From NCBI RefSeq assembly GCF_006345805.1, contig NC_042998.1, positions 93,000,001 to 93,064,000 on the forward strand: a DNA stretch of 64,000 nt, read 5' to 3'. This stretch comes from Octopus sinensis. Lineage: Eukaryota. A model generated the notes under the pieces. That model saw nothing but the letters and a program-made list of their open reading frames with translations, ran no database searches and was not told where the DNA came from. Positions 19,068 to 31,211 of the stretch are shown here, one piece after another; position 1 is the first letter of the stretch, and each line of letters starts with the position of its first letter. Made by a program: the position numbers and the translations under genes.

Positions 19068-20204
19068 TATATTTTGCATTTAGTTATTTATTCATTATTA
19101 GATATGGGTAGCTGTATGGTTAAGAAACTTGTTTCCCTACCTCTTGGTTTCATGTTTAATCTTAACATGCAGAATGACGGGCAAATGCCATCATCTGCTA
19201 TGACCCTGGGCTAACCTGCACTCCAGCTGACCAGAACTTTGTAAGTAAGTTTGGTGGATAGAAACTGAAAGAAGCCTGTCATATATACATGGGTGTATGT
19301 CCTTGTCTTGGCATTACTTGATGGTGGTAAATTAGGATCATTTGTTTTGAATCTTCTGTGTAAAGCATGTTTGACTGTGAGGATATACTATCTTGCTTGG
19401 AAACAGGTTTCAGTCAGTGACAGGAAAGGCATCCAGGCATTAGAAACCTTCCTCAATGAATTCTATCTGACCCATGCTAACATGGAGCAATGGACATTAA
19501 AACAATGATGATGATAACTATGATGTGAATGATGATAATACTGAAGACAGAGATTTTGGATATAGTAGTGCCACATTTAGTAGATAATTCTTCCACAGCA
19601 TATCCATCCTTATAGATACGTCCTTCTAAAGTAAATACAGAAATTTCTCTGTGTCTTTTACAATTATTGGTGTAAGAAGACGTTGAGACTAGTGCCAACC
19701 ATCTTAACTAACCAACACTTTCCTATTGTTATTTAGAGAATAGATAATATTTCTGGACAGTAAAGATAAGAAATCTGTCATAATGTGGTTTCAAAAGAAG
19801 TATTTGAAATGGAATTATTAAATTTACTTTGAATTTGTTAACCAAAAGAAAATGCTTCATAATATTGGTAATCTGATAGGAAATGAGAAAGATGGATACA
19901 TAAGAAGTGTATAGATTATGGCTAGCACTGCTTAGTCATCATCATCATCATGGCTGTCGTTTTCGTGGTTGTTATAGCATCTAATTTTCCATGCATGCAT
20001 GGATCACACAGAATTCACTGAAGTAGAATTTTCTATGGTCTTCTTGTCACCAACTGTCACCCATTTCCAAACAGGGGAATATTTGCCCATGTCAGGATAT
20101 GTTTTCAATGAAGACTGGAACTTGTATGATAATGTGATAATGATGCTTGCTTATATCTAGAAATTGTGTGATGTCAAGACAAGGGCACACACACACACAC
20201 AAGC

Positions 20205-20248
<44 letters not shown>

Positions 20249-20262
20249 ATATATATTATATA

Positions 20263-21160
20263 TAAGTATCAGGACTGTTTCCATAATAAGTATCTGGACT
20301 GTTGCCATAATAACGAAGCTAAAGCACATAGAGAGAAGCTGCTTGATGCAGATTGACATTCCACTCTGCTGTGCATGCACATTAAGTTTGATGTTCTAGC
20401 TCACATCCACTGTTCAAAGCAGTGCTTGGAAGGAACGTGTGTAGGGTGTGATTGTTGCATTGACCATGACAGAGAAAGTTGTTATGGTGATACCTGCTCA
20501 GAAGCCTATGCAAAGTTGCAGAAAGTGTATGGAGTGGAGTGTATGAGCTGCACACAAGTGTACAAGTGGTTTAGACGTTTCCAAGGTGGCTGGAAAAATG
20601 TCGATAGTGACGAACGTTCTGGGAGACCTGCAACCAACAGAACTGAGAAAAACATCGCAGATGTGTGTGCAGCTGTAAAAGAAAATCATCAAATCACCAT
20701 CTGTGAGTTATCAGAGGATGTGCAGATTAGTTGTGATTCAGTTCAGTCCATTATCAATGGAGATTTGGTATGAGATGCTTGTCTGCCAAGTTTGTGCTAA
20801 AACTGCTATCAGCTGACCAGAAAACCCTTGGGTTTCAGTTGCACAAGATCTTAATTGTGTTGAGAATGATGAAAACCTTTTGAAAACTTTACGGAGGCCT
20901 CTGAGCAGGTATTGGCAAGCTTTAGGCAAAATTTGGTGCAGATTCTCTTCTCATCTTTCTCTGTCATGGTCAATGTGATGATCACATGCTACACACCTTC
21001 CTTCCAAGCACTGATGTAAGTAGCAGAAGTGAGCTAGAATGTTGAATGTAGTGCACATGCCCAGCAGAATTCAAGGTCAATCTGTGCCATGCAGCTTCAC
21101 TCTGCATGCTTTAGCTTCGTTGGTATGGCAACGGTTCAGATACTTATAGATCAGACCACA
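20263..21160. mobile_element. Fold-back mariner derivative made of two 5' ends in inverted orientation
   Basis: The + arm encodes HTH GDTCSEAYAKLQKVYG..QVYKWFRRF..ERSGRP. The segment 20885-21160 is the reverse complement of the left ~250 bp and encodes MTEKDEKRICTKFCLKL on the minus strand. Confidence 0.85.
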
Positions 21161-21201
21161 TATATAGAAAGAAGGAGAGAGGGAGAAAGAAAGAGTGGGA
21201 A

Positions 21202-21236
<35 letters not shown>

Positions 21237-22213
21237 AAGATAGAGAGAGTGGTTAATACAATGCCAAAATTATGCAAGATAATAGGTACATACAATTAGT
21301 GCTCAGGTTGAATTTGTGTCTAAACTCTAGCATTAAATGTCGGGGTATGAAAGTTGCTTAAATGAAGATTGGCTACAGGCAGCATTGGATACATCATTAA
21401 ACAAAATAAGCACATGCTTAGGGCATCAAGGCAAGTGGGACACCACAGAAATGGTAAATGGCTTACAGAACAAAAGAAATCATTTTAAATTTGCTAAAAT
21501 ATTCAAGATGCTTATGTCTTCTAAGTATGGAAGTAGATGTGTTACATAAGATTAATTTTGAGAATCTGATCAAAGACTTTGTTATTAAAAAGTAGCAGAA
21601 AATCTTTCAAATATAAATTAAGTGGGAGTATGCAAAATTAAATGTCGTTTACCATCTTACCGTTAGTTTTGTTTCATTTTGAAAATTGAAACTATTTTAT
21701 GGTTTATTGCTGTTTTTATTTTGAATTATATATACATGGAGGTACTAAAATCTTTCATGTGCTGAGGGCCCCTATGGGTCTTAATCCAGCCCAGGCTACA
21801 GGCAATTTACTGATTGAGTTTGTATGTGTATAACAGAAGAAAAGCATAAACAGGTATACAACAGAAGGTTAGGACTTCCAACAATAGAAACATACTCCAG
21901 TATGTATTTATTTTCCTCAATATGTTTTGCTGGTATAAAGGTAACACACTTAGTCACATTAACAAAGGGATGTGGGTTCAACTCCCACGTAGGTAGGAAA
22001 GCCTTCTTTTTTCTGTTGAGGGCTTATATGCCCCTTTATTAGACTATTTTCTTTAGTCATTGCACAGTGATTGCCATAAACTTTAAGCTTATATAAAGAT
22101 ACCATTATTATTATTTAAAGGATTGTAAAAATAGCACCGTATAAAAAACCATTTGCACCAAAATAATAAATAATTTTTAGGGTACATAACACCTTTTCAA
22201 CATGGTTGATGAT

Positions 22214-22660
22214 GATGCCAGTGCCTGCTGACTGGCTCCTATGCTGGTGGCATGTAAGAGGCACCATCCGAATGTGGTCGATGCCAATGGCCCCTGACTG
22301 GCTCCTGTGCTGGTGGCACATAAGAGGCACCATCTGAACGTGGTCGATGCCAGTGCCCCCTGACTGGCTCCTGTGCTGGTGGCACCATCCGAACATGATC
22401 GATACCAATGCCCCCTAACTGGCTCCTGTACTGGTGGCATGTAAGAGGCACCATCCGAATGTGGTCAATGTCAGTGCCCTCAACTGGCTCCCAAGAGGGG
22501 GCATGTAAAAAGCACCCACTACACTCTTGGAGTAGTTGGCATTAGTAAGGGCATCCAGCTAGATCAGATTGGAGCCTGGTGCAGCCAACTGGTTCGCCAG
22601 TCCTCAGTCAAACTGTCCAACCTATACCAGCATGCAAAGCAGATGTTAAACAACGTTGAT
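22214..22660 (+). mobile_element. RTE-type 3' UTR/tail element containing a ~55-66-bp minisatellite (about 5 units)
   Basis: Unit gatgccagtgcc..tgactggctcctgtgctggtggcatgtaagaggcaccatccgaatgtggtc, then aagggcatccagc...ggagcctggtgcagcc. The tail is shared with the RTE at 32504-33115. Confidence 0.75.
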
Positions 22661-22717
22661 AATAACACTATTATGAATTGCTGTAAAGTTCTTACTAATA
22701 CATTTCTAACTTTTACA

Positions 22718-23112
22718 GGTGCAGGAGTGGCTGTGTGGTAAGTAGCTTGCTTACCAACCACATGGTTCTGGGTTCATTCCCACTGCATGGAATCTTGGGC
22801 AAGTGTCTTCTACTATAGCCTCAGGCCGACCAAAGCCTTGTGACTGGATTTGGTAGACGGAAACTGAAAGAAGCCTGTCGTATATATGTATGTGTGTGTG
22901 TGTGTATTTGTGTGTCTGTGTTTGTCCCCCAAACATCACTTGACAACCGATGCTGGTGTGTTTACACCCCCATAACTTAGCGGTTCGACAAAAGAGACCG
23001 ATAGAATAAGTTCTAGGCTTACAAAGAATACGTCGATTTGCTTGACTAAGGGTGGTGCTCCAGCATGGCCACAGTCAAATGACTGAAACAAGTAAAAGAG
23101 TAAAAGGGTAAA
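22718..23112 (+). mobile_element. SINE family A, essentially complete
   Basis: tggctgtgtggt A-box, ggttcattccc B-box, internal TA/TG linker, and 3' (gagtaaaa)-type tail. Confidence 0.9.
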
Positions 23113-23379
23113 AGTGTTATGGATACTTTTATACTTGTAATCTTGTTCCAATTACAGAATAAGTTCAGGTGTTGGAAGAATTAATTGGCTTAACGTATGT
23201 ATATGCCATACCTCAGATTTAATTAGCAGTAAGATTCTCCAAAGCCACATGAGGCACATTATTGCTTAAGATTAGATTACAAGAACAAAGTGAACAAAAA
23301 CTGAATATTATACTGGATGTCCATAAAAATATCCTGGATAGTGCGAAATCAATCTATATCTTCAATGAGCAATCAAGAA

Positions 23380-23625
23380 CTGAAAAACATTGCTGCCATG
23401 TCATTGTCATCATCATCACCATTATCATCGTCATTGTATCATCATCGACATCATCATCATTGTTGTCATCATCAACATCATCATTGACCTCCTCCTCTTC
23501 CTGCTCGTTATCGTCATCCTCATCATTATTATTATTGTCATCATCGTCGTCGTCGTCATCATCATCATCATCATCATCATAATCATCATCGTCATCATCA
23601 TTATCATCATCATCATCGTATTCAA
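23380..23625. repeat. (CAT)n-type trinucleotide tract
   Basis: Direct reading. Confidence 0.9.
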
Positions 23626-23770
23626 TATCATTTTTATGCCCGATCTTTCAGAGTTGCCATGACAGTTATTGAGGCACATTTTCTAAGGCCAGATTCCTTT
23701 CCTGTTGCCAACCCCGTCTTGCTTTTCAAGTAAGGCATTTCTATTCCATTAACCATCACATGAGTTCATC

Positions 23771-23864
<94 letters not shown>

Positions 23865-23907
23865 CATGAGAGTCCATCATATATATACATATTTATATAT
23901 ATTATAT

Positions 23908-24320
23908 TACTCTTTTACTCTTTTACTTGTTTCAGTCATTTGACTGCGGCCATGCTGGATCTCCCCCCTTTAGTCGAGCAAATCAATTCTAGGGCTTATT
24001 CTTTGTAAGCCTAGTACTTATTCTATCAGTCCCTTTTACCAAACCTCTCAGTTACGGGGATGTAAACACACTACCATTGGTTGTCAAGCAATTTTGGGGG
24101 GACAAACACAGACACACAAACATATACACACACATACATATATATATGCATATATACGACGGGCTTCTTTCAGTTTCCATCTGCTAAATCCATTCACAAG
24201 GCTTTGGTCACCCTGAGGCAACAGTGGAAGACACTTGCCTAAGGTCCCACACAGTGGGACTGAACCTAGAACCATGTGGTTGGTAAGCAAGCTACTTACC
24301 ACACAGCCACTCCTGCACCT
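23908..24320 (-). mobile_element. SINE family A, essentially complete
   Basis: Reverse-complement match to 22718-23112 over its full length. Confidence 0.9.
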
Positions 24321-24464
24321 ATTAGAAGAAAAAAGACAACAAAAACCAAGGCAGGACATTCCTAGCTCCAGCCTCATCTGCGAACTTGGAACCTAATGGC
24401 GACCAATTATAGTACTTACTCAACATACTGATTCGTTTAGATCACCAGTGAACTAAACCCTTCT

Positions 24465-24510
<46 letters not shown>

Positions 24511-24824
24511 CTATATATATATATATATAATATATATATATATATTTTATGGTTTTATATATATATTTTTTTATGGTTTTTTATATAATTTTCATCTATC
24601 TTGCCCGCATATGGTTCTGGTGAATTTTCCTCTAGAGAACATTCTTTTCTTCGTAGTTTGATCGTAGGTGATCTACTTCTAGCATACGGCTGATCACCTA
24701 GTTTGCTTTGCTCTTTAAATATACACAAGTATTAGAATTTTCTCTGATTTTTCAGCTTTTTGTATGCTAGGCTACTGGTTTTAAATTGATATTAATTAAA
24801 TTAATATTAAATTTATCTCCCTCA

Positions 24825-24869
<45 letters not shown>

Positions 24870-24872
<3 letters not shown>

Positions 24873-25000
24873 TAGTACCTCAATTTTCAAACAACTCTAA
24901 TCACAAATAAATTGTGTTTTATCTTCTGTCTTTCTCATATTCATTTAATACAGTATTACTTCGGTTGTTTACAAATGCATCTGATCATGAATAAATTATG

Positions 25001-25042
<42 letters not shown>

Positions 25043-25089
25043 CATTATTTATTCATGATCAAAGTTGTTCAAAAACCAAGGTACTATTG
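24870..25089. mobile_element. pogo/Tigger-type MITE with internal (TA)n expansion
   Basis: TA-flanked TIRs cagtagtacctc... / ...caaggtactattg, plus inner inverted tgatcatgaataaat / atttattcatgatca. Confidence 0.7.
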
Positions 25090-25118
25090 TATATATATAT
25101 ATATATACAATATATAGT

Positions 25119-26402
25119 CAAGTTGTCCTAAATTAAGGCAATCAAAGTTTTGGGCCTCAATAACTATCAATAAATGTGATAAGATGAAATTTATACATTG
25201 TTATAAAAGTTTAGTGTATCTTCTTTTTGTTTCAGACTAAATAAATTCAGATTTATAAATTAGATAATGGCTATAGACTGAAATACAATCATAACCCTTC
25301 ACAAAGGAAGTGAAATTAATACAGCTATAGCAAAAAAAGATTAAAATTAACTGAACAACAGTCTGGAAAATTGTCAAGAAATTTCAAGAGACTAGTTCCA
25401 CTGCTGATTGACCTAGATGTAGCTGAAAAAGAAGTGTGTGGACCCCTCAGCTTATCAAAAGTTTCAGAGAAAAGATATGGTGAAATTCTCATCATTCCAT
25501 CAAAACACTGGCTGCCACAGTAAAATTAAACTGAACATCGATGTATAGAGTGTTGAAGGAGGATCTCAGGACCCACCCCTACAAGATGATTCACCGTCAT
25601 GAGTTCATGCAAATTTAAAAGGCCATGAAACTGGAGAGAAGTCGTCTTATCCTGTATCAGATTGTTGAAGGCATGCTGTCTGACCTGGTATTCACTGATC
25701 AAAAGAAATTTTACATTGAACAGTCACTAAACCATGAGAATTACCAACTTTGGTGTCTAAAAAGCTCTGTTGGGAGTAGACTCATAAATAAATCTCAGAA
25801 TCTACTGTCAGTTATGGCTTGGGCAGCTGTGACAGCCACTGGAAAATCTAAACTTGTTTTTGTGCCTTCGGGTGTTAAAATTAACACCCAGCAATACATT
25901 AGTGATATTCTGGAAGCTGAACTGCTTCCATTGGCAAATGAACACTTTCAAGGTGCACCTTCGAACCTCCAACAGGATTTGGCACCATCTCACAGCTCCA
26001 AACAAGTACCACACTGGATTCAGAAAAACATTCTGTCATTCACAGGGCACAATGTATGGTCCTCAAGAAGCTTCAATCTCAACCCATTGAATTTTTCTGT
26101 TTGGTCCATTTGGGAGACAAGGGTCTCAAGCACTCCTCATGCATTGCTTGATGCTCTGAAGGCAAAACTGTGCCAGGAATGGGCTTTGATTTTGCAAGAA
26201 TAGCTGCATGCTGTGTGTAAAGCATTTGTACCTATACTTCAGGCTGTGATTCGAAACAGAGGTGGTCACATTGAACAAATGTGGTAGTGTCATAATTGTG
26301 TTTCCTTTACCATAGCATTGCAATGCTTGGACCTGAAATATAACAATATTTTGCTTTGGCAAAATTGAAAAATATTGGTTGCCTTAATTTTGGGACACCC
26401 TG
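25119..26402 (+). mobile_element. Full-length decayed maT-type (DD37D) Tc1/mariner element
   Basis: TIRs caagttgtcctaaattaaggcaa / ttgccttaattttgggacaccctg. Transposase pseudogene ~25268-26290 with LVFTDQKKF and QQDLAPSH..NLNPLNFSVW; 37 residues separate the second D from the mutated third acidic position. Confidence 0.88.
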
Positions 26403-26914
26403 TGTATATAATACATATATATGTATACATATAATGAGTTTACTCACAAGATATTAGTTGACCTGGAGCTATACTGGAAAACATTTGCCTAATGTGCCAT
26501 GCAGTGAGACTGAACCTGAAACCACATGGCTGCAAAGAAAGCTTTTAACTGCACAGCCATGCCTGTGCTTATGCATATTAATATGCAAAATCTCCCAACG
26601 ATCTTTTAAAGACAGTGTCAGCAGGTAGTGAATAAGCTGAGTCATTGGCTCATATGATGATAAGTCTTGTGGTATTTGTGTAAGTTCTCTGCATTCCAAG
26701 TTCAAATAGTGCCAATGTCTGCATTCCAAGTTCAAATAGTGCCAATGTTTCCCTTTATTCTTTCAGAGTTGATACACAGATTCAGGAATGTCCTCCTCAG
26801 AAATGTCATCACCAAAATAAACAACTTTAGAAATACATTTGAAACCTCATTTTTCCTTTATTGGATTTATCTGATTTGATAGATGCACAAATATAATAAC
26901 CCTTTCCTTTATAG

Positions 26915-27095
26915 GCACAAGGTCTGAAATTTGGGGTGGGGGATGTATGGTGGAGTTGATTACATTGACCTCAGTGCTCAACTGGTACTTATTTCCTCAA
27001 CCCTGAAAGGATGAAGGGCAAAGTTGACCTCAGTGGAATTTGAACTCAGAATGTAGCAACGAGTAAAATACTACTAGGCATTTCATCCAATGCAC
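26915..27095 (-). mobile_element. SINE family C
   Basis: cagtgctcaactggtacttat...gaaaggatgaagggcaaagttgacctcagtggaatttgaactcagaa, as at 215-412. Confidence 0.75.
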
Positions 27096-27360
27096 AAATT
27101 TAATAATGATAATTATCATTTTACTTGCATTTGTTTTGATATTAAGATTGGAAAAATCAATCTTGTGTGTAAAAAAATTTTGGTGGTGGGTTTGCAGCTC
27201 CAAAGCATATTTCACTTGCGCACTTAAAGGCCAATAAAATATCCATCCGTGTGGCTGATTGGTGGAATTGTCAGGGGGTCAGATAAGAATGGTTGTGGTA
27301 TTTTTTTAGCCTTGTGTGGTAGACTCAATACACTGTCCAGTTTATCTTCACTATCTAGCA

Positions 27361-28041
27361 CAGTGGTTCTCAACTGGGGTTCATATGGTCCCAGGGGCTC
27401 CATATAAGATTTTTGGGGGCTCACGCAACAAAATAGTAAATTAAGGATCTACAATAATATTATAACAACCCCAGAAAATATTTTGCTTTGCATGTATGTA
27501 TTGTGAAGGCGCATGGCTCTGTAGTTAGAGTGTCGAGCTTACGATTGTGAGGTTGTGAGTTCGAATCCTGGTTTGGGCTGCGTGTTGTGTTCTTGAGCAA
27601 GACACTTTATTTCATGTTGCTCCAGTTCACTCAGCTGTAGAAACGAGTTGTGACGTCACAGGTGCCAAGCTGTATCGGCCTTTGCCTTTCTCTTGGATAA
27701 CACTGGTGGCATGGAGAGGAAAGGCCAGTATTCATGGGCGACTGCTGGTCTTCCATAAACCACCTTGCCTGGACTTGTGCCTGGGAGAGTAACTTTCTAG
27801 ATGCAATCCCATGGTCAGTCATGATCAAAGGGGATCTCAACATGTATGCATTGGTATGTATTGCAAGAAACAGCTAGGTTTCTTTCTCTAATGCTTTACA
27901 TAGTTCAACCTACACAAGTCAATATGTGGGGGGAAAAAATGGAATTTTGAAAGAAGTTTCTATAAAACTAGTTTTTGAACATTGAATGGTTATAGTAATG
28001 AAAGGGGTCCTTTGATAAAAAAAAATGGTTGAGAAACCATG
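27361..28041. mobile_element. hAT (Charlie-like) MITE carrying a nested SINE
   Basis: TIRs cagtggttctcaac / ggttgagaaaccatg; 8-bp TSD atctagca (27353-27360) / atccagca (28042-28049). Confidence 0.85.
27504..27840 (+). mobile_element. SINE family B nested in the hAT MITE
   Basis: gagttcgaatcctgg B-box; 13-bp TSD catgtatgtattg (27491-27503) / catgtatgcattg (27841-27853). Confidence 0.9.
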
Positions 28042-28317
28042 ATCCAGCATCTTGGGTACCTTTAGTATAGTTGATGATGTTGCAAACATTGAGACTGGAT
28101 CTTAGGACAACTTCTTCCCTCACTCCCTTCCACTAATCTCAAACTATAAAAGGTCATGTGAGCTGCCCCTTCCTTCTGGACTGAACTGTAGGAAAAAAAA
28201 AAAAAAAGAAGGAAATTAGGTAGACAGAAATGCTGACTTCTAACTAGGTTACATCTTCAAATTCATTGCTCAATTTAGCATCATCACCATCAAGCATTAT
28301 TGGGCGCTTTTAGTAGA

Positions 28318-28655
28318 TGGTGCATGGCTCAGTGGTTAGAGTGTCAGGCTCACAATCAGGAAGTAGTGAGTTTGATTGCTGGACCGGGCTGTGGGTTGTG
28401 TTCTTGAGCAAGAAACTTTATTTCATGTTGCTCCATGTTCACTCAACTGTAGAAATGAGTTGTGATGTCACTGGTGCAAAGCTGTATCAGCCTTTGCCTT
28501 GCCTGTGGATAACATCAGTGGTATAGAGAGGGGAGGCTGGTATGCATGGGTGACTGCTGGTCTTCCATAAGCAACCTTGCTCATGTGCCCTGGAGAGAAA
28601 CTTTCTAGGTGCAATCCCATGGTCATTCATGACTGACTAGTTCTTTACCCTTTTT
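28318..28655 (+). mobile_element. SINE family B
   Basis: Collinear with 27504-27840 and 1696-2020. Confidence 0.85.
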
Positions 28656-29549
28656 CTAGTGGTGTCCATACTGTTGCAATATCTCTAGACTTAGCACAAC
28701 TTCCCTTGCTCCCTTTCAATAGTCTTAGAGATCCTGATGCTATAAAGGAGTATGTGGGCTGCCCCTTCCTTCAGGACTGAAGTGAGGGAAAAAAATAGTT
28801 GGATAGAAATGCTAACTTCTGGCTGGAAGGTTATATGTTCAAATTCTAGAAGTTTAGATAAAGGTATGTTAGTTTAGTCTATGTGTCTTTATTTGTATAT
28901 TGATAAAAATTGATACAAGTTTCATTTCATAGTTGAATGCGTAGTGTTGGAACGGTGTATACAAATAGCAAGATTTAAGAAACCATTTCAATCAGGCCAG
29001 CAGGAAAAAGAGAGATAAAAAGAAACATTAAAGTGATTTTGTATGCATGTACTTATGGATATGCGTGTGTTTGTGTCTGTATATGTGCATATGTGTGTGT
29101 ATGTGTCTGTCTGTCTGTGTATGTGTGTCGAGTTATATAATTTATCATATTTTATACTGCTGTTTCCATATACACCAATATGTGTTAACAGGAATAAATT
29201 GCAACGAGAAATTAGATGAGCTGTGCTCTCAGCTAAATAAACTATTTTTAAAAACTCAAGAAGTAAAGAAATAAAAAGAAATGTACACTGCAGATTATAT
29301 ACTATGAGTACAGCGTGTGAAGAAATAGTAACTTTCTCCTTAAATATTGGTGAACTGGGGCATTGATTGATGATTAGGATTTATTGGAGCAAGAGGAGGA
29401 CTGCTGTAGGATTCTCAAAGTCAGAGCATGTTAATATTCTAGTCGGTAGATTAGTATTGACTGGCAGTAACATCTCTTTATAGGATTTCAGTGTGATACA
29501 GCATGAAATTGAAAAAATATGGTACAGAATTAGGAGTGTACAATCTGCT

Positions 29550-29616
29550 ATATATGTATATGCGTGCATGCATACATACGTACATACATACATACATACA
29601 TACATGCATACATACA

Positions 29617-29700
<84 letters not shown>

Positions 29701-29901
29701 CACACACATATGCATATATACATATATGTATGTATGTGTGTATGTATGTATATATATATATATAAAATTTATCTATCTTCTATCTACTTAGCTATCTATC
29801 CATCCATTACCTACCTACCTACCTACATACATACATACCTACCTACCTGCCTGCCTGTCTGTCTATTGATCTATCTATCTATCTACCAATCTCTCTCTCT
29901 T

Positions 29902-29934
<33 letters not shown>

Positions 29935-29945
29935 TATATATGTAT
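29550..29945. repeat. Compound (TACA)n/(TA)n/(CTAT)n/(CT)n microsatellite
   Basis: Direct reading. Confidence 0.9.
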
Positions 29946-30797
29946 ATATATAATATTTCAATTTGTATGATGGACAGAACTCAATGAAGCTGAGAAAGCT
30001 ATCAGTATTTAGAGGCATTGAAAGATATTTACAGATATTGGTGTAGAGTGGTTGAAACAAATGTGTGCAACTTTGTGGGGCTGGTGGATCTGATGCTCAA
30101 TACTACTGCACATCATCTTAGCCAAGTGTTTTTTTACTATAGCCTTTGGTTGATGTAATTTTATGTGTGTATACACACACACAGATATATACATATTTAC
30201 ATGTATGTGTGTGAGTGTATGTGTCTGTATACATTACACATAGTAATAATAAGGATTCAAAGAACCAAACAGATCTCTCTCACATAAAACACTCCTTCAA
30301 ATGCATGATTACCAAGAATGACTATGGTTAGGTTTTGGATAAACCTGCCAGTCATTTCCAAAATTCCAGGGAATACAATAGTAGAGAGAATGCATTATCA
30401 TCATCATAGACTAGATAAGAGAGGTAAGCTGTTTCATAAACATATGCGTATAAAATATGCATATAAATATTATAAATATATATAGATATATATATTAATA
30501 TATAGAGACTATAAGAAATGGAGCAATAATTAACAATGAGAGGTGGATCATTGGTGTTTTAAAGTCATTATTTAATTAAGATGAGAGTATGTTTACAGCT
30601 GTTTCTATTTATCAAAATGGGGTAGATTTGCATTTACCTCGTTACAATTGATAAACATCTTCAGAACAATTATCCGACAAAGATAAATAGAAGGAAAAAT
30701 AGAAAGAAAAATAGGAGTGCCTGTGGAGGGTACGTTACCTCTAACTTATATCTTACACAATATATATATGTATATATATGTATATATATGTATATAT

Positions 30798-30866
<69 letters not shown>

Positions 30867-30961
30867 TATCATTATTTAAGGGAATAAAATCCAAAACTTA
30901 CAAGGAAAAAATTCAATTTAGAAATACTAAATCAAATTTCACACAATATAATATATATAAA

Positions 30962-31179
30962 AAAATTAGAAAAAAAACCACCTTATATCAATTCAAAAGG
31001 AACAATTAAATTACACCATCTAGAAAATTACATATAATAGAAATATTTTTATTGTTTTGCAATTTACTTAATCATTGACATTTTATTGTTATTTTAATTT
31101 TAATATTTCTATTATTTGTAATTTTCTAGATGGTGTAATTTAATTGTTCATTTTGAATTGATATAAGGTGGTGTTTTTC

Positions 31180-31186
<7 letters not shown>
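30962..31186. repeat. Palindromic AT-rich element with ~85-bp inverted arms, embedded in (TA)n
   Basis: 30962-31046 (aaaattagaa..ccaccttatatcaattcaaaa..acaattaaattacaccatctagaaaatt..ataatagaaatatt) is the reverse complement of 31102-31186 with few mismatches. Confidence 0.85.

Positions 31187-31211
<25 letters not shown>

Noticed and set aside
21380-21905. Plus-strand exon candidates (AALDTSLNKISTCLGHQGKWDTTEM; EKHKQVYNRRLGLPTIETYS)
   Set aside because: Short, no homology, and on the opposite strand to the other candidates; such matches are expected by chance in AT-rich DNA.
22214-22500. CRISPR-like regularly spaced repeats
   Set aside because: Units are contiguous with no unique spacers, lie in an RTE-type tail, and no cas genes are present; the context is eukaryotic.
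22718-22800. Possible tRNA genes at SINE heads (also 1696, 27504, 28318, 63693)
   Set aside because: A and B boxes are present, but there is no complete cloverleaf and each continues into a repeated SINE body.
26690-26750. 30-bp tandem duplication tctgcattccaagttcaaatagtgccaatg x2
   Set aside because: A simple two-unit slippage duplication with no further structure.
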